This document shows, piece after piece, positions 13,644-26,800 of a stretch of DNA of 64,000 bases; the stretch's first letter is position 1, and the number at the start of each line of letters is the position of its first letter. Below the pieces are notes generated by a model. That model was not told the DNA's origin. It saw nothing but the letters and a program-made list of their open reading frames with translations, and made no database searches. Source of the DNA: Octopus bimaculoides (taxonomy: Eukaryota); assembly GCF_001194135.2 (NCBI RefSeq), contig NC_068982.1:93538122-93602121 (forward strand), written 5' to 3'. Both the position numbers and the translations under genes were made by a program.

Positions 13644-14196
13644 GAGTGAGAGAGCAGTGCATACCATCAAAGTGACACTGGGGTAAAATATATGAAGCCC
13701 GGTATACCCATCAGGACTACCTGTCTGATAATGGTACATGTGACACATGTCACAATCATGCACATGACATGGTGATCTCATATCAAGATAAACAGTGCAT
13801 GACCTTGCAGGTGAGACCCAGTTAGAATTTTCTTCAGGTCAAGTAACACATCTTGCTCAAAAGGTCCTTGAATAAGGGTTATTTAAGGATGATGAACAAA
13901 ACACCCCACTTTTCCAGAGGTTAATTATTAAAACCCCAAAGAATTCCTCTCAACACATGGCTATGATGCTCCCCCACTACTTCTGCTTGTGATGAGAGAT
14001 GCACATATCATCAGCCTCCAAGGGACATGCTCAACTGGTTAAGGTCAAACAAATAACAAGCAAATCTGTGGTATTGATCAGAATATTTGTTGTAGCCCAT
14101 CTTTTATACCAAGACAAAACATGTACAAGATTACACTTCCAATCGGTTAAGATCAGAAGCCATGAGAGCTAGTACCTGGTACAGAATCAGGGCATT
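13644..14196. repeat. About 555-bp non-coding interspersed repeat, copy 1, beside (ATT)n
   Basis: Collinear with 17709-18266 (e.g. CATCAAAGTGACACTGGG, CATGGTGATCTCATATCAAGATAAACAG, AAAGAATTCCTCTCAACACATG). Confidence 0.85.
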
Positions 14197-14406
14197 TGAG
14201 CTGGGAGAATCATTAGTTTGCTGGGTAAAATGCTTAGCAACATTTCAACCATCTTTACATTCTGAGTTCAAATTCTGCCGGAGTCAGCTTTGCCTTTCAT
14301 CTTTTCAGGGTCGATAAATTAAGTACCAGTGAAACACTGGAGTTGATGAATTCGACTAGTCCCCTCCCCAAAAATTTCAAATTTTGTGCCTTTAGTAGAA
14401 AGGATG

Positions 14407-14438
<32 letters not shown>

Positions 14439-14670
14439 TATTATTATTATTATTATTAAGGCAACAAACTAACAGAATCATTACCATGACAGACAAAATG
14501 CTTAGCAGTATTTCTTCTGATTCTTTACATTCTGAGTCTCAATTTCACTGAGTTTGTCTTTGCTTTCATCCTTTCAGAATCAATAAAATAAGTACCAATC
14601 AAGTTCTGGGGTTGCTATAATTGACTAGCCCCCTTCCGCAAATTTCAGGCCTTGTGCCTATAGTAGAAAG
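14197..14670 (+). mobile_element. Two tandem SINE copies with a Nin/Deu-like central motif, separated by (TAA)n/(ATT)n
   Basis: Both carry TTCTGAG..AAATT...GCTTTCATC.TTTC.G..TC.ATAAA.TAAGTACCA and end AATTTCA...TTGTGCC...AGTAGAAAG. Further copies at 15245-15460(-), 19525-19990(+, two), 58740-58915(+). The Nin/Deu label is from recalled motif similarity. Confidence 0.65.
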
Positions 14671-15468
14671 AAATAATGATAACAATAATAATAATAATAA
14701 TAGAATACTTATAATAATAATAGAATAACTTATGAGTAGTAAGAGCTCTGCAGTCTTGGTTGACAATCTTACTTGAGATGGTGTCTCAATAAAAATACCT
14801 GTTGGTGGCTAACCTTAAAACACATACCTCAAAGTTGAGTGAAAATGTCTAATACTAAACAATGGTGTTAATGAAAGGTGAAAGGTGAAAGCCTTTCACA
14901 CAGCAGGTGCCCTGTGGCAGGCCCGGTCATAATTCAGAGATTGTTTGTACACAAAGCCAGAAGCAGAGAAGATGGTGAGATAAGGAGGCAAACTGAATGG
15001 TAATTGGATCAGGAGTGAATCCAGCAGAAGGGGATTCCGACAACAATAAAGAAAATTGGAATAGAGTGCTCAGTAGAACTGTTACAAAAGGTTTGTCTCC
15101 TTGGCACAGCCAGAATAATCAGGAAAATATTAGATAGTTGAAAAGAAAGAACAGCATGGTACCATAGGCTGCAGGTAGTAAGACCACTATGAATGCAAGA
15201 CTCCAGGAGCTCCAACAAAACCTGTGATAAAGAGATAATAATAAAAATGATTTCAAATTTTGTCACAAGGCCAACAATTTTGAGTGAAGCGGGTTAGTTG
15301 ATTACATCGACCCCTGTACTCAACTGGTATTTATCGACCCTGAAAGGATGAAAGGCATAGTCAACCTCAGTGGAATTGGAACTCAGAACATAAAGATGGA
15401 CAAAATGCCGCTAAGCATTTTGCCCAACATGCTAACAATTTTGCCAGCTCACTGCCTTAATAATAATA

Positions 15469-15500
<32 letters not shown>

Positions 15501-15879
15501 TGTGCACTACAGCCTTCTGATACCATCAACAAGGCTCCAACAATCTAGTCAGAAGCAAGGAAAAACCACAGGCCAGGCCAGCAAGCCAACTTGCTTAGAG
15601 AGGAAGAAATAGTAGTTATAGAAGAGTTGACAATAGCAAACAAAATCGTTGAGTATAAGCAAAATAAAAGAACTTCAGTTAAGAGACAAATAAAGATGTA
15701 TGGAATATATTTTAGTGAGTTCTGTCATTTACCTCTAAAATGTGTAGAATAGACTTCTTTTGGTGAGCTCTTCTTTTATTCACCAGTCAAATTATTTATT
15801 TTCTATCTTTTTTTGACTGGACTCAGTAGCCAACTTCTATATCACTAACTGATACTGTGGGTTCCTTTACCAGTTTAAA

Positions 15880-16200
15880 TCACCAACCTTACAGCAAAGA
15901 CACCACATCACATAAGCTACTCACATCAACTGCCTCACATTGACCACCTCATACTGACTGCCTCACAGAATCGCCTGGCACCAACTACCACATCAACTAC
16001 CTCACATCAACTCCCAGCAATAGATTGTTCACATTGACACTTGACACCAACTATTGTGTGAACTGTTCCACACAAACTGCCTGGCACCAACTCACACATT
16101 GACTGCTTCATGTCGACTCCAGGCACAGGCTGCCATATCAACTATTCACATAAACCACTCGTGTCAACTGCTGGCACTCACTCTGAACCAACTGTCTAAC
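15880..16200. repeat. Degenerate minisatellite (ACATCAACTGCCTCAC-like units) just upstream of the Tx1-like LINE
   Basis: Recurrent CACATCAACT(G/A)CCTCAC, CCTGGCACCAACT and CACATTGAC words. Confidence 0.6.
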
Positions 16201-16239
16201 ACCAGAAAGGAGGCCGTCTCTGAAAAGCTGGGCAGAAGT

Positions 16240-17605
16240 AGCAAATTTATAAGTCGCCTTGGTAGTGTACTACCACCTAGCCATCATATCTTGTCCTAAG
16301 AAAACTCCGACCAGATTGGAGCACTTGCTTTTCCAATTCTTATGGAAGGTCAATTTCCGCTGGTCAGGAAAACCATTTGTTGTCAACACTCACACTGTGG
16401 TGGTCTTGGGATGCCATCCTTAATGATGTGGCACCACGCTTTGAAGATGTCGCACCTACATCTAAATTACTGCAATGATGTGGATGACGACAACAAAAAT
16501 AAGGGTGAACTGGTGTGGGCGTCTTTCATCCGACACGTCTTTCTGCTGCTCATCTCATTGACAGAGCTGCAGTCATGGGTCAAACATAGACCAATGTTGG
16601 GCGTTTGGCATCTAGAATGTTGTCAGACACTCACTGCTTTGTACCAGCTACCCAAAACCATTAGCGGGAAAACAACCAAGATTTCTGTAGGGACCTAGTT
16701 GAGGGTATGAGTGATGATGGCCTAGGATTGAATCTAGGCATCAACAAGAACAGTCTGAGTAGCCTCTTCCAGAGGACCCTCAGATCGAAGATTAAGGGCA
16801 AGTTTCAAAAGTCTTTGGCTTGGTAGTGCTACAGAGGGGCATTGCTCATTCAAGACAGGCTCTTCAGGCATGGAAGTGCCAACAGCTGAACCTGCACAAG
16901 GTGCTTGCAGGAGGATGAAACCATCTTACATGCAATAATTCAGTGTCCATGCATTAGAGAGTTGTGGGATTGTATGGAGCAGCTGTTGTCATGTGTAAGA
17001 TGAATTCAGCTGTCTGCCAAGTGTATAGTGAGGATCAATGCACCATCTTCCCTTAGCAGAGATGAAAGGCAAATTTTTCTCTGCTTAGTGGCTGTGGCAA
17101 AAGAGGTTGTGAGGTGGACCTGTCTGAAATGTTTGAAGACAGGCACATTCCTATCTGGTCAAGCCCTCATCAATTTCTTCAGATATAATTTAAAGAGGAA
17201 GGTGAGGGCAGAGAGGGAGGTGCTGCCTTCGAGTGAGTTTATCTAAAAGTGGTCGACAGTGGCAAGACTGGTGAGACGGAATGGATCTACTCTGAATATG
17301 TTTTTCTAAGCAGGAGGAAAGAGACTGGAAGAGAGCACTTTCTCATGCTTTGGAGATAGCAGAGTAATCCGGGACCTTCGTGTGGGGCTTACCCCAGATT
17401 ACCATAAGTGGACTTATCAATTTATTTATTATTAATTTCTCTACTTTCTATTACATATCCTCTGTTATATCCTTTAATGTGGTAGTATCTCCCCTTGATT
17501 GATATTAACCCCACATGTTTTTGTAATTTTTTTTTTTTTGTGCTATAGCTTGTCCTTTGATATTGTCCTCCATGTCTTGGGCCCTTGTACCCAATAAAAG
17601 AAATC
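16240..17605 (+). mobile_element. Tx1/L1-clade LINE 3' fragment (post-RT region, CCHC zinc knuckle, 3' UTR)
   Basis: LLFQFLWK/FPLVRKTICCQH...GGLGMP; DRLFRHG...CTRCLQEDETILHAIIQCPC; FLCLVAVAKEVV. 3' UTR ends AATAAAAGAAATC followed by (ATT)n. Confidence 0.75.
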
Positions 17606-17621
17606 ATTATTATTATCATTG

Positions 17622-17685
<64 letters not shown>

Positions 17686-17708
17686 CATTGTTATTATTAT
17701 TATTAATA

Positions 17709-18262
17709 AGTGAAAGAGCAGCGCATGCCATCAAAGTGACACTGGGCTACAAATATACAAAAGCCAATATACCTATCATGACTACCCATTTGATAAGAGA
17801 ATATCAGGCACATGCATCACAATCATATGTGCACAACATGGTGATCTCATATCAAGATAAACAGCACATGACCTTGCAGGTGGGGGCCCAGATAGAATTT
17901 TCTTCATTTTGAGTTGTCCATCCCACTCAAAAGGTCTCTGAATAAGGTTTGTTTAAGGATGACGAACAAAGCACCCCACTTTTCCACGGGTTAATTATTC
18001 AAACCTCAAAGAATTCCTCTCAACACATGACTATGGTGCTTGCCAACTACTTCTGCATGTGATCAGAGATGCACATATTGTCAACCACCAAGGGATGCTC
18101 AACTGGTTATGGTTGAGCAACTGGCAAGCAAATTTGTGGTATTGAGTCAAATATTTGCTGTAGCCCATCTTTCTATACCAAGACAAAGCAATGTACATGA
18201 TAACACTTCCACTCAGTTAAGATCAAAAGCCATGACAGCCAGTGCCTGGTACTGCATCAAGG

Positions 18263-18266
<4 letters not shown>
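17709..18266. repeat. About 555-bp non-coding interspersed repeat, copy 2, flanked on both sides by (ATT)n
   Basis: Collinear with 13644-14196; ATT arrays at 17606-17705 and 18264-18330. Confidence 0.85.
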
Positions 18267-18325
<59 letters not shown>

Positions 18326-18789
18326 CATCATTATTATTAATCATAATCTTATTGTTAATGCATGTTTCAAACTCTACTCAACAGCCATATGTAGAGTGTT
18401 CTGTTGCATTTTTATATTTCGTTTTTTATGTTGTATTGAAATCATTCTGTGTAATAAGCACTGTGCCTTGAGGTGCATCTTTCTGTATATTGTACATAAT
18501 GATAAGTCCTGGTATTATAATTATGTATATGTATATTTATTATAATTTCATTCATTCTAAGATGCATGTTATTGAAGAGATGGTTTCAGGTTTTTTCCTT
18601 TCTCAATAGGAAAGTATCTCTATTTCCAGATCCTTGTTAAATGGAATAATCTATCTTTCCATCTGTTAATATACTTCAAATATAAGACATTTCTTTTCCT
18701 TCTATCTTTGATAACAAAATCTGGTCAATTAGCTTTGATCTCACGGTCTGTCTGTGTATGTATATCCAAGAGTATGATTGTTTTCTCAT

Positions 18790-19090
18790 TTGCTGAAATA
18801 TTTTCTGGTGTATGTCAGTACCATTTCTTTAATGTTGGTATTTCATAATGCTGGCATAACTTGTAATGTGAGTCTTAACTCCGTCATGCCTGTGGTTATA
18901 TTCTCTCTTGCCTCAACTGTTTCTTATTTCCCCATTTCCATATATACTGTAGTCTTTTATAGCATCCTGCCTCATGATATGCTCTGTAGGTTTCTGGTGG
19001 GGTTAGGGTTAGTGTTGGGGTCTCTGCTTTGAATCTCATACTTCTCAATCTATTTCCATTCTTTTCAGCTATTTCCAGTACTGACCATGC
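18790..19090 (-). pseudogene. Highly degenerate RTE-type ORF2 C-terminal fragment
   Basis: - strand remnants such as MVRIAPAWSVLEIAEKN and HIMRQD resemble the RTE MLRISW...GHIMR motifs; weak. Confidence 0.35.
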
Positions 19091-19179
19091 AGGAGCTATT
19101 CTTACCATTGTTTTATCATGGCATCCTGTAGCCCTACTTTTAGATTATTATTATTATTATTGTTGTTGCTGTTGTTGTT

Positions 19180-19214
<35 letters not shown>

Positions 19215-19510
19215 GAGGTCACATAGCCTTGTAGTTAGGGTGTTACGCTCACAATTGTGAGATCATGATTTCAATTCCTTGACCAGGTGGTGCCTTGTCA
19301 TCTTGAGCAAAACACTTCATTTCATATTGCTCTGCAATCACTCCAACACCTGATGTGTGGATACACCATGCACGTGTTCAGGCAACATCAATTTGATGGA
19401 AGGAGTGAGCTAATGTAAAGCACAAGCATTTAATCATTATAAACAGATCATTTGTGCAAGTCATTCAATAAAAGCTGAATACTCATACGTCATCTCCGAC
19501 AGTAGAGTCC
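19215..19510 (+). mobile_element. tRNA-derived SINE (third family)
   Basis: A-box-like TAGCCTTGTAGTTAGG, B-box-like GATTTCAATTCC, then TCTTGAGCAAAACACTTCATTTCA, a CORE/V-like central motif; between ATT/GTT tracts. Confidence 0.5.
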
Positions 19511-20105
19511 ATCATTGTTGTTGTTGTTGTTGTTAAACGTAGCGAGCTGGCAGAATTGTCAGCATGCTAGGTAAAATGCTTAGTGGTATTTCGTCTGTCT
19601 TCATGTTCTGAGTTCGAATTTCACCAAGGTCAACTTTGCCTTTCATCCTTTCAAGGTCAATGAAATAAGTACCAGTTATGCACTGGAATCAATGTAATCA
19701 ACTACTCCCCTCCCCACAAATTTCAGGCCTTGTGCCTAGAGCAGAAAAGATCATCATTATTATTATTATTGCTATTATTAAGGCAGTGGACTGGTGGAAC
19801 TGTTAGCATGTCAGGCTAAATGCTTAGTGACATCTTGTATGTCTTTACATTTTGATTTCAAATTCTTACAAGGTCAATATTGTCTTCCGTCCCTTTGGGG
19901 TCAATAAAATAAATAGTACCAGTCTGGTACTGGAGCAAGCATAATCGACTTGTTCTCTTCAAAAACTTCTGGCCAAAATTTGAAACTATCATCACCGTCA
20001 TTATCATTATCATTATTATTATTACTATTACTATTATATTTGAATTTTGTCAAGACATCTTTTCAGTTATGGATTACCTTATATGCTTTATTTTTTAAAC
20101 TTTAG

Positions 20106-20149
20106 ATGGCTTTTTCTGTTTTATTGTATTTGGAGTTAAATCAAATAAG
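20106..20149 (+). other. Candidate upstream exon of NDNF (44 nt)
   Basis: TTTTTTAAACTTTAG|ATGGCT...CAAATAAG|GTGAGT. Spliced to the acceptor before 24511 it reads MAFSVLLYLELNQIR in frame with the ATG at 24512. Supported only by splice signals and phase. Confidence 0.3.
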
Positions 20150-23100
20150 GTGAGTGCTTGTTACATAATTTTTCTGGCTTATTAAGCAAAAAAAAAAAAA
20201 AAAAGAAATTAAAGAGAAACATTTTTGAAGTTATCTTGTGCTCTTTTGCGGTTCTAGGCTTTGCTTTCATACCTTGAATTTCCTTTCTAATTCTACAACA
20301 AATTCAGTTACTAGAAGAGGTCATCAACATATAGAAGTTGCCACAGACATCCCATCTTAAACTCCTCTGTCATAGCTTGAAGGACCATAATGAACAGTAG
20401 GGGACAAAAAAACTGAGCACTAGTGGACCCCTATATGCACACTGAATTTGGTGTATTACTCATTATTAACTCTCACCTTAATGACAGCAACTCTGTACAT
20501 AGCTTACATGGCTCTCACATGTCATTTGTCCACTCCTAGCTATTTTAGCATCTCCTCAGTTCACAGAGCAAGAGACCCAATGAAAGATTTTCTCTGGGTC
20601 AATGAATGCTGAATACATTAATTCACTTTTAGCTAGATACTTCTGTTACAGTTGCCTTATTAAGAGAGCAACAGTTGTACTTCTACCTGGCACAAAACTG
20701 AACAGCATATCACTTTTGATAACTCTTTCTGTTATTAAGTGTTGTAACTTCCATGACTTTGTCTAGCTATTTGATATTTTTGGAATTAATTCTCTCTTAG
20801 GCCTTTGTAACTATGATACTGTTACACTAGTTATTAGGTATGATACCTTAGTTTACAATGAGAGTGACTACACAGTGACTATGCCATATACTACTGGTCA
20901 TGGTATTTCAAGCATCTCAGTAGTTATTCCTTAATGGACTAGGAGTTTTCTTTGCTTTTATACCTTTAATTACTTATCTGTCATGCTACTTTCTATTCTA
21001 ATAGCTACTCCCTCTGTTGGATTAATATTGGGAAAACCTTCTTTCTTCCATGCATTCTACTCCTTTAATAATCTTTCACAGTTTCACTTCCATAAATTTT
21101 CATTTCAAAATCCCTAAGTGCATGTGTGCCAGTATCCATCCATACACACTTCTAACTCTAACTGTCTGAATACTCCACAGCTTGCAAACACGATCACCTG
21201 ACCCCTCTACTTCTCTTGCTATGGAACATTGACAAATATCTTACTTTCAGCTTCTCCTCTTGTACAGGAAGCATGTTACGTAGAAACTGGCATGAAAAGA
21301 CTGGAAGCATTCTTTCAGTGTTTCAAGCCTGTCTCTTTGCTTTTATGATTTCTTCTACCTCACTGTTCCACTACCATATCATCACAGATTTTCATTGCAT
21401 CCCTTAGAGAGTTTTCCCATAAGGACTTCTGGTACATCTCTATCTCCTCCCTTTTATCAAATGTTTCAGCTAACATTTCTCTAAATTTTTGACAGTAGAA
21501 TAAAAATCATCATCATCATCATCGTCATTTAATGTCCAATTTTCAAGTTGGCATGGGTTGGAAAAAACTATAATAAAAATTAAAGTTATTGGTGTAATGA
21601 AAATACTGATGAAACAAATATACTGATATGGACACACAGGTGCTGGAGAATGTATATAACAGGATTTATCCAATGAAACTAGTAAAATGAATATATGAAA
21701 GATTTTTATATTTATTATTAGGGAATGTATTGTTCACTTTCTTCATAGATCTTTTCCCCCACTTTTCTGGGGCCTATTTTCTTTTCTTTTCCACTGTCCT
21801 CAGTAGTTTATCACCTGTTTTCATTTGATTTCATCTTTTCATGCAAGTCAATGAGAACGAATCTACTGAGAAGGAATTCCTTGGCATTCTGGCTGACTAC
21901 TTCTTGATTGTTGGCTTTTAGGATTGAAGACAAGGAGAGCCTTTTAGCTATCCCCACAGTTGTAGCTGGTGGCATGAATACTGATACTATTGCAACAAGA
22001 TACTCCAAAATCTACTTTTGTTGCTGGCTCTGCTGCTTTCTGTATCTAGGAATGTCACAGGACCTATCTGACCTCTTCTATCAGTCCACTAGCCTCTCCA
22101 ATACTCCACTCCTCCCTTTCTCATCCTTGTCATTCCTCACACTCTCACCATCTTAAAGCATATCCTTAAGGGCTAGATGTACTTCATACACTTTACCAAT
22201 ACTACCCACTGTGCATTTAGTATTAACATCCATTTTTCATCTTTCTATCCATCATTCTATCTCTTTCTAGCCATCATTCTTTCACCCCTATTTTCTTTGG
22301 TGCTGATACCATGATAAAGTAACTCAGTACACTCTGTTAAATCCAGGGGGTTGATCTTGTTGAAAACATAACAACTTCCCTAGTGTTGGTGCCCTCCCAC
22401 CAAATTAAAGAAAAGTGCACCCAGTATATTCTGTAAAATAGTTGATGTTTAGAAGGACATCCAGCCAAGGAAAATCACATCAAAATGAAACTTGTGAGTG
22501 TGATATCACCCCTCAGCCCATTTAGAAAAGCAGGAATGGTCTGTCCAACCCTTTCAGAATAGAAAGAGAGCATAAAAGGACAGTGATGATGATGATGATG
22601 ATGATGGTGTGTATGTGTGTATGTATGTGTACTTCTTCCCACAGGTCTAAGAGACCAAAAAAAAGGTCCTAGGTAAGTGCTGTGCTTCCTGCTTTAAGTC
22701 ATTAATCATCATCATCATTGTCATTTTGTATTCTCTCTTCCATATTGACATGGGTTGCATAGGTTTTCAAAGACAGTGGTTACAATTGGATGCCCTTCCT
22801 GTCACCAACTCTTTTAGCTGCTTCTCACAACATACAGGAATATTGAGTACTTATACTAAAACTAGGATACATACAGTATCATTATAAAGAATATTCTGTT
22901 TTACACTGATGATGATGATGGGTGGCAGAGACCTAACATAAGTGGTTGGCGTAACACCCTCTCCTACTTGTAGAGTGTCTTTAGGAGGCATTCAGACCAG
23001 ATCTTTGATTTGGAAATAACATAGTATCTCAATGTACTGCTTCCAACAGCATTCTATCCTTCATAGAGCCACTGCAAGCCAAAGAGTATAGGTGAAAAAG

Positions 23101-24222
23101 GTTTCATAACAAAGACTAGACTCACTGTCAGATGAGACAGGATTTCAACCCTGTAGATAACTCTTTGCAAAGCTACTCTGTCATTTAGCACATCATTCTG
23201 TATTTTCTTCCCTACCAATTAATGAAAAGTGTCCCAGCTAACTTAAGCTTATGAAAGAGTCACACCAAGCCACTCACTTCTAGCTGGTTGCTTACAGAGA
23301 TCAAGGTGGTGGTTTATTACAATTCATAAGTCATGATTTCCTCCCCTTTCTCATGAAAAACTTTTTCTTGTTTTGCATTGTTTCTGACAGAGAAACTTCA
23401 TTTTCAGTCATCCCAAACAACTGTAAGCATGACTAAGTGGGAACTACTGTGTGTTCATGGAAATCCTATCCATTTTAAATATAGCAAAGACACAATGGAT
23501 AATATAGCTGTTGCTGTATAAAAAGACAGGATGGTTATGGCCTAAACACCTGTGATCATAGGTCTGATGAATCACACTTGTCTTGTAAGTAAAGTATTAC
23601 AACTAGCTGTAAATAGGTACTTTGGTGAGGTATGGTTTGCAATTGTAAATTGCGTAAGTAGATTAGTATTTCTGTAGTTTAGAGTATCAAGCATAATACT
23701 TCTAGTAGATGTAGAGAAGATAACAACAGTAATTCATTCTGTCATATATTTTCTAGATTCTATGTGATGGCAAACTCCTTTGTAATACTCTGTTATACTA
23801 ATGGCTCACTAACTGTTGAAGTATTAAAAAAGACAAAGAAATATCAATGTCATTATATATATATAAGTTTATATTTGGTATAATTAAAACCACTTCTTTA
23901 CTTCAGCTTTCTATTTCTTTAAAGGCACCCAATTAGTATGAAAGGATATTGAAGTCAACATAATTTGGATGATGCTGGATTAAACTTAAAGTTTGGAGAA
24001 ATGTTTTTAGTGATATGTCTATAGAAAGTAGCATCATGATGTGTATAAGAGAGAGAAAAGACAAAAACAATCTAGTAGTGTTAAAAAAACACTATCTTGC
24101 AGTGAATTAGTTTTCTCTAGTTGAAATTTTCAATGATAACAGAAACTTAAAAACCACATTTTGATAAGAAAATATATCAAAATTAGAATCTTTAAGAATT
24201 ATCAAGACAGTGTAGACTTTAA

Positions 24223-24423
24223 CCCTTTAACATTCAGATTACTCTGTCAAATGTAATACTTATTCATATACATTGTTTTGAATTAATCATGCATTATTCC
24301 ATATGACTGTTTTATTCTTTGAATGACATTTGAAGGTAGGTGGCAGAGCCTGGATCTGGTTAGTTTGTACATACAACAGGGAGAATATTTTGGCCAGATG
24401 TGGCCAGTTTAAATGCTAAAGGG
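24223..24423 (+). mobile_element. piggyBac-type MITE (201 bp)
   Basis: TTAA at 24219-24222 and 24424-24427; TIRs CCCTTTAACATT / AATGCTAAAGGG. Confidence 0.8.
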
Positions 24424-24511
24424 TTAATAATTGCTCACTTATAGAAAAAGTTACATGCAACTAATTAATAAGCAGCTTTCTCTCATAAATTCTTTCTTTT
24501 TATATTTTAGG

Positions 24512-24726
24512 ATGATGATGGAAATACGAAACAAAATTGATTACACTTACTCAATAGTTGGCTTTTTCACTTTATTGACTCTTCTTGAACATGGTTATTC
24601 TCACAAAACTCCAAATAACGATGGAAAAAGGCTGAGCAAAGATCGACCAGAAATATTTTATGACACTCGTATGATTCCAGAACGAGTTGTAAAAAATATA
24701 TATATTTACAAAAGTACAAAGAATTT
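24512..24726 (+). CDS. NDNF: NDNF (neuron-derived neurotrophic factor / nord) coding exon 1: signal peptide and N-terminus
   Basis: Acceptor TTTTTATATTTTAG|G at 24510/24511; MMMEIRNKIDYTYSIVGFFTLLTLLEHGYS (hydrophobic core), then IFYDTRMIPERVVKNIYIYKSTKN, like the NDNF F(F/Y)D..(V/M)IP motif; donor TT|GTGAGT (phase 2). Confidence 0.85.
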
Positions 24727-25668
24727 GTGAGTACTGCAATATCAAGTCTATTACCTAAATTTGTTTAACACATAATTTATTTATGATTCACTTCGTGTGT
24801 GTGTGTGTGTATAAAATAAAAGAATAGATGGTCAAGTAACTGGTGTCTGGTCAGGTTATGACATTTATATATTTATATATTTATAAAACTTACATAGAAT
24901 AAAGAATGCTTTAAAGAATTTATATTACAAGAAATTGATTCAGGAATGTTCATAATGGTTGTAGTATATGCTGGTATATCCCCAGAGTAAGTATCAGGTA
25001 TGTCCATAGCATTATATTACATAATGAGTAAAGATAGGTCATCATTGATAAAATCCAAACTGAAAGAGAAGGAAGAAGTTGTACAGATTGTTCCTTACAG
25101 CTGTTTCAAAAATGGATACACTGTTGTTGCTATTCCCTACAAGCAGTCCACAACTAGCATTTTAGCAACAAGCTATCCCATCTTCATTGATGAAGCACAG
25201 GTGTACCTGTGTTGTTGAAGTGCTTGCTTCACAACCATGTAGTCTAAGGTACAGTCCCACTTTGTAGCACCTTGAGTAAGAAATTTCTACTGTAATACCA
25301 GGCTAACCAAAGCCTTGTGATTTCATTTAGTTGACGGAATCTGAAAGAAGCCAACCATGTGTGTGTTTGTATACCCTTGTCTTGACATCACATGATAGCT
25401 ATAAATGAGCATCACAGTCATAAAAGCAATGTTGTTTGTTTCCAGTCTTCTGCAAAAAGAATATCTGACCATGGGAAATATTACCTTACTTGGAAATAGG
25501 TGAGAGTTAAGAGTAAAGGAAGGGTATCTGGCCATAGAAACTCCACTTGGTCTATGCAAGCATGGAAAACTGGATGTTAAATGATGATGATGGACATGTC
25601 ATCAGTGATGTTTCCTAGTGATTTGTTTTGAACAAGGGTAATAAATTTGCAGAAATATACTATATTAA

Positions 25669-26800
25669 TTGGTAGATACAGGTGCAATAAAGACTGCAAA
25701 CAAACAGGAAACAACTTCTATCTCATTCCAGGGTGAAAAACTAGAGGTAGTCGATAGCTTCCGCTATCTGGGCGACCAAGTTAGTAGTGGGGGTGGGTGC
25801 GCTGAAAGTGTAGCTGCTAGAATAAGAATAGCCTGGGCAAAGTTTAGAGAGCTCTTACCCCTGCTGGCGACAAAGGGACTCTCACTCAGAGTAAAAGGCA
25901 GACTGTATGACGCATGCGTACGAACAACCATGCTACATGGCAGTGAAACATGGGCTGTAACTGCTGAGGACATACGTAAGCTCGCAAGGAATGAAGCCAG
26001 TATGCTCCGTTGGATGTGTAATGTCAATGTGAATACCCGTCAGAGTGTAANNNNNNNNNNNNNNNNNNNNNNNNNNNNNNNNNNNNNNNNNNNNNNNNNN
26101 NNNNNNNNNNNNNNNNNNNNNNNNNNNNNNNNNNNNNNNNNNNNNNNNNNNNNNNNNNNNNNNNNNNNNNNNNNNNNNNNNNNNNNNNNNNNNNNNNNNN
26201 NNNNNNNNNNNNNNNNNNNNNNNNNNNNNNNNNNNNNNNNNNNNNNNNNNNNNNNNNNNNNNNNNNNNNNNNNNNNNNNNNNNNNNNNNNNNNNNNNNNN
26301 NNNNNNNNNNNNNNNNNNNNNNNNNNNNNNNNNNNNNNNNNNNNNNNNNNNNNNNNNNNNNNNNNNNNNNNNNNNNNNNNNNNNNNNNNNNNNNNNNNNN
26401 NNNNNNNNNNNNNNNNNNNNNNNNNNNNNNNNNNNNNNNNNNNNNNNNNNNNNNNNNNNNNNNNNNNNNNNNNNNNNNNNNNNNNNNNNNNNNNNNNNNN
26501 NNNNNNNNNGTAGGATTTTCGAGCGAGATCGTTGCCAGTGCCCCTGGACTGGCTTGTGCGGGTGGCACATAAAAGACACCATTTCGAGCGTGGCCGTTTT
26601 CGTGCGGGTGACACGTAAAAGCACCCACTACATTCTCTGAGTGGTTGGCGTTAGGAAGGGCATCCAGCTGTAGAAACTCTGCCAAATCAGACTGGAGCCT
26701 GGTGTTGCCATCCGGTTTCACCAGTCCTCAGTCAAATCGTCCAACCCATGCTAGCATGGAAAGCGGACGTTAAACGATGATGATGATAATGATGATGATA
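25669..26800 (+). mobile_element. RTE LINE 3' part (ORF2 C-terminus, gap, 3' UTR) in NDNF intron
   Basis: GEKLEVVDSFRYLGD...IRIAWAKFRELLPLL...LHGSETWAVT...MLRWMC; 3' UTR ends in (GAT)n. Confidence 0.9.

Noticed and set aside
14730-14820. Possible HDV-like ribozyme at a TAA junction (ends GGCTAACC)
   Set aside because: P1 and P2 could not be paired convincingly by hand; would need a descriptor search on a family consensus.
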